NCBI GenBank assembly: GCA_036172245.1
Contig: JAYWIR010000041.1
Coordinates: 1,674,001 to 1,738,000, forward strand
Length of the DNA: 64,000 bases
Direction of reading: 5' to 3'
Source: Raillietiella orientalis
Taxonomy: Eukaryota
How positions within the stretch are numbered: position 1 is the first letter of the stretch; the number at the start of each line of letters is the position of its first letter. Under the pieces are notes generated by a model. That model made no database searches, had not been told where the DNA came from, and saw only the letters and a program-made list of their open reading frames with translations. Shown here in pieces: positions 46,877-59,602 of the stretch. Made by a program: the position numbers and the translations under genes.

Positions 46877-48010
46877 CCCGGTTGCGCTGGGGAGTATAGT
46901 GGTCTCTATAAACTCACAAGAAAAAAAGCAGTATTAGGACGCTTTGTCCTACCACCCCCAAATGTACCTCGAAAGTACTGGCATGCCGGCTCGCGGACCG
47001 GCAAGTTCCTCCTCAAGGACAGAAGAAAACAAAGAAAAAAAAAACACAGAAAGCGAAACGAAAATAAAAAGATATATAAACATATTGATATATAACTTGT
47101 GTGTGTGTGTGGAGGGGACTCGGAAAGGGATCACTGCTTGTTGCAGGAGGTCCTCTGTGTCCTCAGAAGGATGTCGGCAAGTTCCATCCGAATATTCCTC
47201 GGATGTGATCCGAGAAATATACGAATCCCATAGGGCGAATATTGGCATGAGGCGAATCACGAAGCCGATGGACTCTCTTTCGTCCTGACCTCCTTCGGTT
47301 GAGCTCCAGGCCGCCACAAGCTCACCAAGTCAACTAACGATGTAACTAGAGACAGTGCTTCTCACACGAGGAGGCTCTTAAGAACACCTCTGGATGAGAT
47401 ACTATAAGATTGCGTGCAGGAGGAAACCACTTCGTTGTCCACCGGAATTCGAAGGACCGTTACAAAAACGTTCCCAGACGGATCGGAGGGCAGCACAATC
47501 CACAAGCGCGTGGGGCATCTTGGAACTGAAAACGGAAATACTGAACTTTCCTCGCACTTGCCACAGTTCGGGTCCTCCCCCTAGGCGAGTAATGCCAGCG
47601 GGCGTGGCATAAGAGACCCGAGTGAGAGGTAAGCAGCTCCGATTTCTGCCACCTTAGGAAAAGGGCGAACATATCTCTGAGTACTGCTGGAAGCAACAGA
47701 TCTTCCAGGAAGATATCCAGGAGCTGGATCCGGCAGATTAGTCATGAGGACTCAGCATCGCTGAGCAGCCCCGTTGTCCATCCAACAACCAAGTGGCTTC
47801 CTCCTGCACTAAGAATCTCACAGCTGATTTCCCACATCGCCGGTAAGCAACCGCCACTTGCCTCATTTAAGGAAGGCAGCGCTGCAGCAAATGGGGGTTT
47901 TGATGCCCACGCAGTCTTCCTAGCTATGCTTTCAGCCTTCCCCAACGGGCTAAGAGCGTAGGCGCTGCGATTGCTCCCCCCACTTCTGGACTGTTTGCTA
48001 AAGCCAGGCA
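46877..48010 (-). mobile_element. Tx1/L1-like LINE 3' fragment, diverged
   Basis: DPNCGKCEE..HALVDCAALRSVWERF, upstream LPS..SGGCLP, a T-rich 3' UTR and a degenerate terminal stem. Confidence 0.7.
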
Positions 48011-48049
48011 TTACCGTGGGGAGAAGGGAAATCCGGGCGTTAAAGAACT

Positions 48050-48240
48050 AAGAAGAGCAGAGAGAAGAGACCATCTGCCGAACGGCTGATACCCGCAACG
48101 GAGCATGCTTCGGTGCTCGCACACGAAGAAACATTGCTAATCCCTCGGAACCGACTGCTTTCTTGGAGCGGACGTGCTCGGGAACTCACTGGGGTGTCGG
48201 CCGATTTTTCGCCACCAGAGCAAATCTTCTGAACTGCAGC
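48050..48240 (-). mobile_element. hAT transposase dimerisation-domain remnant
   Basis: EDLLWWRK..SEFP, then SVAGISRSADGLFS (cf. WW....FP.L....S...ER.FS). Confidence 0.5.
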
Positions 48241-48839
48241 TGACGCTCCATTCTTCCAGCGTCAGGAGGCTCCTATATCTCGACGTGGAGCCACTAGATC
48301 TTTCAGACGGACACATGACCTTTCCTTGCTCCACAGAGCGTTCCTCAGGAGGTCCGCTGTCATTTTTTTTTTTCCGTTTTTCTGGGAAAGGGACAAGCAG
48401 AAATCAGGAGACGAGATAGTCGGACTCCGAATTTGAGTCCCTATTAGTAAGGAACGAGTACAACACAGCATGAAAACGGGTGGGACCCTATCAAAGCGTG
48501 CGGGAAGTGAACTGGCTGCCGGCGACGGCGCTGAGCTTTATTCGAGGGCGGAATTCTCTTGTCTCCGATGATTCGGAAAGGTGCTGCACGTGAGAGGGAA
48601 GGCGTAATGTCTCTTTCCAATCACCTGTGCTGCCGGACGACTACCCGTCGGGCGAGGTGCTCCCCACTTTATTGCCTTCTCAGCTGTAACGCAGAGGATC
48701 GCTTCCTCTCATCTTCCCAGTGTTGCCTGCTGGAATGTCGACGGACTTCACGACGGCGATGCGCTGTGCCCATTCCGCCTCGCACTCCAGCAGGGGATTC
48801 GCATCATATCCTACCATGAGATTGCAGAGGTCGAGAGAA

Positions 48840-49330
48840 GCACAGAAAGGAAGTTTCATCGAAGTTGCGAACGATCAAGCGGGGTCACACTGCTCACAAA
48901 GAGCCGAGAGCAAAGGAAGCAAGGAGTAGCATTCCTCTCACGATGACAGACGAGTGGACCAACTGGTCATGGAACTTGTCGCAACGAACGCCACCCTTCA
49001 AATTCCTTCGGAAGGGTTGAAGTTGCAGGATGAATTCTTTACGACAAGGTGGGTGGGCGAGGACGAATACCGTCAAACCTATTGGATCGCCTCGTCATAG
49101 ATAGTGAGCTGCTTCCTCCTGGAGGTACCCAAAACAAAGATTTGGAGGATGACTGATGGCTGCGTCGGCCACTGGGAAGCATAAAAAGAACTTCGAACCT
49201 TCCCAGAGGGCTGCTTCATGCACAAAGTGAAAGACTCAAACCACATCGAAGATTGGCGCACGTCTCTTTTGCGAGTGACAGCCTTTCCATCTTCTCCTGG
49301 CAAACTTTGTCGGAATGCAGGCGTCTTGAG
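48840..49330 (-). mobile_element. piggyBac-like transposase C-terminal remnant
   Basis: W..KFFLCF..DAAISH (cf. W..KLFF...D.A..N), RKEFILQL, VRCD..H, CEQCD. Confidence 0.45.
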
Positions 49331-49599
49331 GAGTGCACTACATTGGCTCTGCATAAGGCCAACCTGTCATTTGAATGCAACAGTCCTGCGAAACTTCGAG
49401 GACAACAAGGTACGCATTTCGCCGGAGCATGAACTCTACGCACTGGGCAAATATTCCATCTATTCACGGGAGTGTCATCTGACGAGGACAGCTATGCCTC
49501 ACAGGGGCCTCGAGCTTCGCGTGCACAGTCTGTTGTAAGAGGTTTCTAGCGGTCTTGATAAGTCCTTCACAGGCAGATCAATCGTAGCCACTAGCAGAA

Positions 49600-51960
49600 A
49601 GCTCAAAAGTAAAGATGCTCCAGATGTAGAGAGTCTGCCTACGGAGTTTTACCACTCTTTGCGACAGAGCTGGTTCTCTTGATGGTACTGCTGATTCGGT
49701 AGACGGACCAAGTGCAAAAAAAGAGATTCGCTCTGCCTGAGCTAACTGGAGTCCCCTCAGACTCATGAATGAAAACATCAAGCTGCACTCCAAGGTGCCG
49801 AACGTAAAAATAGGACAGTTGGCAGGATCCAAAATCAGCCCGAAGGAAACCTACGCGGTCCCAGGTCGAACCATGGATACCATGGTTCGACCTGGGACCA
49901 TGGTATCCATGAATGAACCATGAATACCAACCTGCTTCACGCCCACACCTAATTCAGGCTGACCATAAGAAGAAGCCATAACTGCTTCTAAAAAGAGTGC
50001 AGGGTGCGCGGGAGGTTCACACGGTGTTTCACTTGAGAAAGGAGTACTGACTTTTGCAGTCGATCATCAGAAGGCTCTGGGCTGCATCCATCAGGAGCTC
50101 CTTCTCAAGCTACTGGAACTGTGACTCTCAAGCCAGCCTCCTCAGTTACCTGAGCTTGCTGTGGCACAAAGTCAAAATTACCGTTCTCTTCAGCGGTCTG
50201 CTCATCAAAGACAACAAAGTCGAAAGAGGAACCAGGAATGCGGACAGATTGAGCAGGATACTCTTCAGTCTCTGTACTAGTGCTGAACACGTACCGGCAC
50301 ACTCTAGCCTGTCTCCCGTCCAGCTCCTATGACAAGCCTGGTGCAGCGGCCTATGCGTACGGATTGCTCATCCTGGTGCCCATGAGGATTTCAGTAATCG
50401 CACGCGAAACCTTCTTCGAGCTGAAACGAATCTCCTAGAGCGACGAGGAGAGCAAGCATTCCAGAGAAAACAAAACAGGAGCTCCGAGAGCACTTCCTGC
50501 CTGACACAGTCGAAAACCTTTGCAAGACCAACCGACATAGCCAAGGTTCCTGGCTCTTCCTTTCGTTTGTGTCTTCCCCTGCTCAAGTCGGACTGCACAT
50601 TCAAAGGCCGGCTTCTTTTGAGCGCGACTCAATTCTGTGGCCTGAACTCGGTCTGTGTGCACAAGTTGCTTTCAATGTTCCGTCCAGGAACAGCTAAATT
50701 CCGGGTTAATGACAGAGTCCTCCATCCTCCCCAGTCACGCAGTGTTCACAGTTTGGAAAGCAATTTGACGTCCAAATTCACGACGTAATCGGACACCAAT
50801 TTCTCAGTCTGCGAAATTCTTTATTGAGGGCAAACGAACCCTCGCCGATCGGAAGGATGCAGGCAAGTCGGCCGCCTCCCTGATCACTTATGCCAGCTAC
50901 AGCAGTGGGAGCTCATTTTCGCTGCGAAGCACTGATAAAGTGATAAAGTGCCAGCAGGCCGTTCTCCTTCGATGCTGTTCGCCTCTTGACTTTTGCCATG
51001 GCAGCCAAAATTTCGGCTATCGCGAAAGGCTGGTCAAGAATTATTCATGGCTCCTTCTATATGGCGAGTGTCTTCCAGCAGCAATTGCTATGCGGGGTCT
51101 CGCTCCATGGGTTCATGCTTATACAAGGAAGAGCAGGAAGTCTCTGCAAAACCGATGGCTCATGACCTTGCTCGTCCAGCACGCATAGTACTCCGGACTG
51201 CCCAGTCTGCTTCTCGGCCCTGGACCGATATTCCTCCAGCCGCTCGCCAGCAGAGGAGGCGTGACCCGCAAGAGATGCTACTGTTGAGAACTGCCTCCTC
51301 AGAGGTTGTGGAAAGTTGATAGATGGAAAAATAGAGATAGAACTTTGGGAGCTCCTGGGTAACAAAGTCACTCAGGAACCTGAAGTTCGTCCTTCTTTCG
51401 AAATGACTTAAGCCAGTCCTCTGGTAGCCGCTAGATGTGCATTGGCATTTCTTTCCCAGGAAGCACTAGCTTCAGCTCGATTCCTGTGTTGATAGGAAAA
51501 AAGATTGACCTCCGACTTACTCTGCACCCGACCTAGACCGGCAGGAACAGAGGGAAGTGGTCAACGGAGTCCATCATCTGAAGTTCGTGGGCCAACAAGT
51601 TCGATGCGTTCACGGACGCGCACAACTCGTTGACCTGAGCCCGCTGATTCCAACTTTGAAGCCATTTGATAACAAGAGGATGTTAAAGCCGCCCTCTGTC
51701 AGATGCATAGTCTGGAGGCCAGAAGTGGTGAGTCACTGCGTACGGAGGGCATCAATGAATGGACGACGCCCCGCATAAGCGCGCGAGCAGCTCGGAGCGT
51801 AAACATCCGTGACAATCAAACTGAAAGGGTCCAACTGGCTCGATCACCGACCGTCCCTCTCGAAGTGAACGCTTACCCACCGCTCCTAGTTTTGGGTTTC
51901 ACTAGAAATGCGACTCCGCAGGGCTGTGCAGGTATTTGCACTTCCAGTGTGATATCGCGT
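49600..51960 (-). mobile_element. Decayed LINE ORF2 (APE + RT), CR1/L2/Jockey-like
   Basis: CGVAFLV (APE), RTLSL, QTEFR, VGLAKVFDCV (cf. D..KAFD.V), LDGRQARV, YVRHLGVQLD, in canonical order. Confidence 0.7.
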
Positions 51961-52299
51961 CCATGACGTAACACTGGAAGTGCTCCCCGTTCGATTTCTA
52001 TAGCATTGCTGTCAGATCTGGCGGGTCTCTAGCAGATGGACGACATCAAAGGGGAGCAGGGAGCTAGCTGCCATCGTCGTAGTACGCAAGAAAGGAGTGT
52101 TCCTTGTTTGGGTGAAGGCCTTGCGTCCGAAAGAAAGGGTTCACCTCGACCGTTTCGAACCCTCAGCCTTTTTTCTCGCCGCTAGGGAGTTCTTTCTGTT
52201 GTGTTACGCTTGCTTGATCTCTGACGTCGCTTATGAACCTAAGACTTATTCTGCCGATGTGACTGTCTAGGTCTTCGCTAGGTCGTTCGGAGGATGTCT

Positions 52300-52950
52300 C
52301 AGACAATGAACCCGGTAGATGTCGCGACTGTGTTGAATGATAGAAGACACTGGTTTGCACGCCCTCTTGGATTTCCAGCTTTTTCGGGACATGGTCATTC
52401 CTGGAATCCTAGGATCTCGATGGGCTTACGACAACCCCTGTGGACAATGTGGGCTGAACCTTGTTTTCTGGGAGTGAGACAACAGGAGTATCGTTCCAAT
52501 TGAATTTTACGCTTCTCATTCAGACTACTTGATGAGCGCTGCCGTAGTGCTTTCAAACAGGCAGTAGCACATGCGATGACGCAGTTCACCTCTTTCAGGA
52601 CGAGGTGAGGTCGCAGCAAAAGCTCGACACCGGTGTCATCCTTGGTTGCTGGCCAAGATTTCCCCCATCATCCGTGTGTCGCGTTTTTGATATAGTTGCT
52701 CAAGGCGTACTGGCTCCTGGTGCAGATGTGACAATGTCTCATGCAATGATTTAAAATGTGCAGCCGCGTTCCATCTCATTTCGGGCACCTGAGGCAAGAG
52801 CGATCCCCTCATGTTTTCTAGCTGCTGCTCGGGCGGACGAGCGGTACTAACGAGTTTGTAGTTCGCAAAGCGTAGGTGATCTCCGCTGTAAGAAAATGGC
52901 CAGAGGCCCAGTGCAATACCACTCAGAACACGGTCCTTCCCTGATAGAAA
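52300..52950 (-). mobile_element. Utopia-like (NeSL clade) retrotransposon C-terminal remnant
   Basis: QGRTV..ASGHF..SGDHLRFANYKLVSTAR (cf. QGK..S.HF..G...RFADWRF..RAR), CPK..TRLHILNHC, LRPHLVL (cf. LRPDLV), RS*DSRND (cf. GSWDP.ND), HSRDIYRVH (cf. SRDIY.EH). Confidence 0.9.
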
Positions 52951-53469
52951 TGCTCATCATTTGGTGATTGCCATGCCTTACTTCATTGGATGGTGAGAGA
53001 GCTGGAAGTTGCATAACAGTTTCGGTGCGTTTTTCTGTTCATGTCCATCGGAGTGTTTGCACGAGATAGCCTGCCCACAGCTTTAATTCCTTCCTAGTTC
53101 TAAGCCCACAGTTTTCTAGTTCTTTTCCCTGTTTTGAGAAGCACAAAGAAGAAATGGAACTTTTTGAAATTTGTTAGATTTTCAGAGTTTGTTTCCTTCC
53201 AGGCTGAGAAACTGAACTTCAAATCGAGCCATTTCCTGGAAATTTCAGTTTACAGTCGTATGAGCGGCCAGTCAGGATTTGTGAACCACAGAATCGGTTC
53301 CTCTCTCGTTCTCAGGAAATCAGGAACTCTCTAAACGCATTCTCTTGACATCTTGTGTGTTCTCACTATTTGCTGAGAAGAATGGAAATTTTTTTTTAAG
53401 ATCGTGGGTCTCTTGGACTTGTCTTGTAGACTCAAGAACAATTTTCTTTGTCAATCACAACATACGTTT

Positions 53470-54300
53470 TAAAGTTTTCTTCGTATTTAACTTTTAGGTG
53501 CAAAGTTAACTGAAATTTTGCTCCCCTGTCGAGGAATATTCAGGAATAAGTTCTCTCCCCTCTTCCCCAGATCTGATCCAAATTAGAATCTCGCTTCTTT
53601 CGAACAAGGAAATGCTCATCTCGATTTATGAGTTTCCGAACACAGAGATGTTCATTCCTTGTTAACAAGTTATTTTCCGTTTAGGATTGATAAAGAATAA
53701 TGCCCTTAAGATTGTAAGAACTAGACTACATAGGGAGACATCAGTTTCGATGTTTACTTGTTACGAGTTGATTCCTTATTAACAGGGAACAAGCTTTACC
53801 ACATCACGAGGATATTAGCCAGCAATTATCTTCCTATCATTCTGAAGAATGAACCAGATGTTTCTGATTCCAAGCTAAGTTACAGCTGATATCCCTCTGA
53901 AGTATCAAGTTTTATAAAGATCTGATAATAATCATTAGGAAACAATAGGTACTGAGAATATCTTCCAGAATGTATGAAGTTTTAATATTCAGTAATAATT
54001 TATTGCATCTTTATCCCTTGAAAATTATCCCTGAAGTAACAGAGACATGCTTTGACTTCAAGTTATCCATCTTCGGATAATAAGCATAATCTTGAACATT
54101 ACATAAAATATCCTCATGGAACAGCTGTTGAAAGAAACAACGCAAGCATTACCGAATTCCTTCTCTGTATGTTCCCATTCTGGAATTATTGGTGACAATT
54201 TCCATAGGCGTTTTGGTTCTTCGAACCCAGTTTTGTGATGCATCACAGTTCCCTTGGAAATAGGTACAAATGTTCTCTGGAACAGGCTGGACGTCCATGA
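53470..54300 (-). mobile_element. Old LINE RT remnant
   Basis: LWKLSPIIP, VVSFNSC, SDLYKT*, RQGSKIS (cf. PQGS.LS), in RT order. Confidence 0.55.
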
Positions 54301-57300
54301 CTAGATCGAATACTGAAAAAACCGTTCTCTTGCCAGGAAGGCGCCGACCGCTCTTTCTCTGTATTATATCCTTAAATAGTGAGGTGCTTAAAAGAACTCC
54401 ATGAATGGTTCTGTCCAGCTATCTTGGTGGAAAGGAAAACCATGCAGCCTGCTGTTCATCACATGCAGCTGAATCACCAAGAATCTGTGATAAAAAAAAA
54501 AAAAAAAAATTCCCTTGTTGCGTGATTTAGTATTTTTTAAATTTTAGCTGGCGCAAAAACTTTGCTGTCCATAGTAAACTCACTAATCAGAACGAAACAG
54601 ACTCTTTGTTTCCCGAATATCAGGTTTAGTTATTCACTTGACCGTAGTTACTGTGTTACACCTTTTAACTGAATCTTAAAGTCGATTTACTTGGGACTCG
54701 ATTCAGACGTGCACCAAGGCATTTCCCATTGCAAGACGTACGCAACGTGAATCACCTCCGCGCGTAACATACCGAAGGGTAAAGAACACTTCCCACTTAA
54801 AACCATAGGTCAGCAAAATCTTCGTTGCTTTCCAGACTTGTTTTTTGTTTTTCAGATGTATAAGTGGGTCGTTTATGAATCGAATAGTTTCCTTTTACCG
54901 AGATGGATTCTTTTAGGAAAAAAGAATCCATCTCAATTCCAATGATATTTTTTTCTCTTTACATCACATGGGTTTTCCTATTATTTTATTTCGCTGGAAA
55001 AATCGAAGGATTTTTCGCAATTAATTTCTTGCCCTAAAAGGAATTTGCATCTCATTCAGCTCCTATTCTTCCTAATAAAACAAATAATTTCTTTCGTTCA
55101 AGGAGCCAGACATGCAAAAGGCTGCATAATGCAAGCATGATTTGGCTTTTCAGGGTGGTTACAATTTTTACAAGTTCTGAAATTCAGGTTTCAAAAGTAA
55201 TCAAAATTATTGATTTGGTTGCTCGTTTCATACTTCTTTTTCTCTTTAAAAGTTTGCATCTTTTTATTCGATTTTGTTTGCTCAAAAGAAAACCAAAGCA
55301 TGCTTGTTTGTTTTCTTTTGATGCTACTTACGGAAATATTTAGCACAGTTTATTCCAATGCTAACACATTTAATAAGATTACTCCTTCGGTGTAAGTGAT
55401 TCATTTTCCGCATTCAAAATCAGTCTCTAAACATTCATGTTCTGCTGATTTCGAGATGTCTCTGGAGCTTTTCTAACGAAGAATGTCTCGGAAAAAGCAC
55501 AACTGAGAACCTTTTTAAACGAGTCTTCTTTTCTCTGTCTCTAAAAGCCCCCAACATAACCTTTGACCAATTTGGTTCCCAATTAAAAGAAACCTATCTT
55601 GATTTCAACGGTGACTTTCAATACAGCACATTAACAATGTAGCCTCAAGTTTTATGTCACTCACTTATTATTTAGGTGCAGCCTTTTGATGTACATTTCT
55701 CCCAATACTGTAATGATATACCAAGAATCCAAGACAAAAAACTTCAACTGTGGACAACATTATAACTACTCCCCAAATAAGCACCACATAAGCCTTGGTT
55801 TGAGTACTCCAATAGAAATAGAATCTAAATAGAAGTTTGTCAATAATTAAGGTCTACAAGCTGAAATGTTTAGAGTTTCTCTTAAAGTAACAAGAAATAT
55901 TAGAAAAAAATAATGAATGTACTTTGCATTCAATTTAAAACAGTGGATGCTTAAAGTTCCTAAGCACTTTCGTGTTTATTCTAGAGTTCCAACACATTCT
56001 CACCTTAAATCATTTAGAAATACTATATTGCACTTCAAACAGCTGTCACAGAAAACTGCAGTTGAATGCCATATACTTCTGAAAAAAAGGAATGGCAATC
56101 TACTTCATTCAAGGAAATAGGGAAGGGTTCTCAAATATTTCTTTGAAAATCACAATTTCAATCCAACAGTCAAAAGTCAAATATTCTTCTCTGAAAGAAG
56201 TCCATATGCACTCATTCTTTAGCTGTTAGTATTAGCTTAGAATAGTGAATCAGCCATGTACAGTTAGAACAGAACCTGGATGCACAAAAATGAAACATCT
56301 GTCTTGAATACAGCAATTATTATTTCCATTCAATGAGTGTGTTTCAAACAGAGGTTATTATATGCTTCAAATTTCTTTTGCATTTATAGGGATAATGAAT
56401 CCACAAGTTCTCCATTGATACTACAAAAACCAATTCTCTGTTATTTTCCCTCAGAGCATTTAGTGTTAAGAGGTTCTTGGTATGGAGATTTTACATGAAA
56501 AAATCTGAGAGGCTGCTTAACTAGAGCTGCAAATTACAAAAGAAATACTAACAAAATTCTTAACTTCTAATGCTTTGGAGAATGAGTTTCAGAGTACTAA
56601 CACAACAAGCATACACTGCTGAAGAGATGGCAACAGCAAAAAAAAAAAAAATTTCAAGATACCCTCGAAAAAAAGAAAGCCCACTCAGATGTTTTATTGG
56701 TAAGCTATGTTCTCATTCATACAGCTAAAACCAGAAATCAATTCATTTGCATTGAGACAGCATCTTTGCCTGAAGAGAAACACATATTCGCTGTACAAAG
56801 TTTCTATTAGACCTGAAAGGGAAAACTCATTCACAAAAATCATTAGCTTATATCCTTATGGACATGAATTAGAAAAATTCTTTTTTCTCATGTCAAGTTT
56901 AGTACAAGCGCTTTTTTTTTTTTTGCAGTCTTTTATGAAATTTACGCCTCTTAATTGAAGAGGTACTCATTCAGAAGGTATCTAGTTCATTTAATAAAGC
57001 AAGATGAAATAACAAAACAAGACGGACATCTTCAACTAGAGATGTTTAAAAAATTTCATGGAATACAAAACTGATGCACTTGTGACACGTTATTTCACAA
57101 GTTACGACTAAGTTAACATGGAAGTACTATCCATTGGAAAGAGGCAATCTGAAAATTAAACAGCTAGGAAATATTAGCAGCTATAGACTATGAGCATTCG
57201 AGTCGAACTGCATAAAATTCTTTTAACATAAAACATGTATGCCTATCTTAAAAGCTTTTAGTTTATACCTGTTTAATAAAAACATCAAAATAAACGGCCA

Positions 57301-58349
57301 CTTAATTGCCCGTTACTCATTTAAGTCAAAAGTAGCATCAATATGATTGTACATCAACAGCCATGTAAGGGATGTGTAGATACGAAGTGTAACGGTTAAA
57401 TATATATTTTTGTGATGCATTCAATTAATACGTCAGCGGGAGAAATTTCGATTTCAAGTAAAAAACACTGTTACTGCAAAAGAAATCTGATTACCTTTTG
57501 AATCATTTAAATATTCTTTTTGGGTATTGCGTGGATTTTACTGTTTTGCCATGCGGAGCCACTTGGCGCAAATTGTAACGGAAGTTTTTCTCGCATATGG
57601 ATTGCCATCTCCACTTACCAAAGGGAGTAATTGAAATAGTCTCCCAACAGTGTATATTGCACAAAGTTGTTTTGCCAATCTGTTTGCGCAGATGATGTAG
57701 AAGCGATATGGTGAAACAAAATAATATCTTAAGTTAACAATTCAAATGAAATGGAAGCTAAAAACTTTCCGAATCTAAGCATGGCTCTAGAATGCAGTCA
57801 CGCGCAAAATAAAAAACAGACAACGGCATTCCACGTAAAGTCAATAATGCATTTTTAGTTCTTAATTGACTAGGAACATACTCAAATACTGAACACTCGA
57901 AAAACGAAGATATCAATTCAAAAATTGCTCAGGAAGAACAAAACAAACTTTTCTGCATTCGATTTTCAATGAATGCTTTTCTTAAGGAAGGTTCAGCTTT
58001 CCGAGAATGTATGTTACTTCATTTCATCAAAGAAATTTAAGAGATGCACTTGATTTACTTAAAATTCCAAAAACATGTTATAAAATGCTTCGAAGACATG
58101 AAAATAGACTCGATGCTGTAGTTCAAGTGCGCCTTATAAATCACGAGCTCTTCGAACCACTTCTCGTTAAAATGCAGCGCACTTAGTTGCTATTGAAAGC
58201 ATTCGTAGAACTGAAAAGCAATGACCATCATAGATTTCAGTGTAAAGTCATTAAGTGAAATTTAAACTTGTTGCATAATTTTTTCGCCGTATAACTATGA
58301 AGATGAATTTCTTGATATTACAGTATTCAAGAAATATTAAAATTTAGTC

Positions 58350-58470
58350 ACTCAGTTTGAGACAGAAACTCATGACGCACGGTTTAATGTGAAATCCTAC
58401 TTTCCATGTGGATTTCAAAGCTTTTTCCAAATCAACAAATATACTGCGGTGGTTTTGTTGAGTCTTGACC
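58350..58470 (-). mobile_element. Old LINE RT fragment
   Basis: SIFVDLEKALKSTW resembles F.DLEKAFD.VW. Confidence 0.6.
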
Positions 58471-59010
58471 GACTTTCCACGCGCAGAAGCTGGAAAAAAA
58501 GTAGCATATCTATTCACACTCATGTCCACTGTAAGACTAAGCTATGTTCACAGTAGTCATTATTCATTTTCGATAATATTAACTCAAATTAAAGTGTCTT
58601 TGATCTGCACAAAAATAAAGGACAATTCTACATTCGTAAAATCATTATTTATTTTTGTACTACAAAAATGCCCTTTTCATCTTAAAGGCATTAAAATCAT
58701 ATTGTGGATTTATTTTTGCAATTGAACTAGTGGAATTGAGCAGATCAGCTGTAGCACTATTGACCTCATTAAAAAGTTTTACCATAAAAATACAGCGATC
58801 ACACTTAGCAAACTGATCTTTATTATTGAATGTTCTCTGTGCTTATGCTGTTTTTATGCAAAAAGCTGTTCGGTTTAAAAGTTGAATATAAGAACATCCC
58901 CGATATAATGTGTCTTTCAGAGTACAATGATTTGTTACACATAAAACGAAACATCGTGTTTGGAAATCATTTATCAGATGTTGCTATATCCGTAAGGCAG
59001 ATCTCAGAAG

Positions 59011-59602
59011 TTTTTTTTTTTTTTTTTTAATTGTTGTCTCCGAAGGGGAACCTCGAAGGGAATCTCCTTCCTCATTCTCTCCGGAGGGACACCCCCATAA
59101 TAGGGGTGGTCCCCTCCATTTCAACTTCTCCGAAGGGAACCCGGGAAAGGATCCGCTAGTAGGAATTTCTTCTCCGGAGGGAACCCTCAAGGGAACCGCT
59201 CTGTTCACTCCTCTGAAGAGAACCCCGAAGGGACGCTTCCGAAACTCAGAAGGGGCGCTGCACCTTCCCGCAGGGAATCGCTCTCGCTTCCTTGTGCACT
59301 CTGTGAAGAGGCGACGACTCGGGGGGGTCCGCTCTCCTTTGCACGACAGGAGGGGGAACTCCCCACTCCTTGATTCCTGGGAGGACCCGAAGGTCGACTC
59401 CCACTGCTCCGACGGTCATCGGGGGCTTCCGGCTTAATCCACCTCCGGTGCCACGCCCGAATGTCTCGGCCAACCAGAGCCATTACAGGAGAAACTCGGA
59501 ACCCGATGACGTTGTGGCGTCAGAGTTTCTGCCGAAGTATTCGAACCCGCGACTCATGATGCCACACGCGGAAGCCTTAACTACAAGGCCTCCGACGCGG
59601 GC
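59011..59602 (-). mobile_element. Full-length tRNA-derived SINE with poly(A) tail and 9-bp TSD
   Basis: The head gcccgcgtcggaggccttgtagttaagg..gcgtgtggc..gtcgcgggttcgaatac contains Pol III A- and B-box-like motifs. T18 at 59011-59028 is the poly(A) tail. The TSD tctcagaag lies at 59002-59010 and 59603-59611. It is a GC-rich insert in AT-rich DNA. Confidence 0.93.

Noticed and set aside
59520..59602. tRNA gene
   Set aside because: There is no proper acceptor stem. It is the head of a SINE with body, poly(A) tail and TSD.
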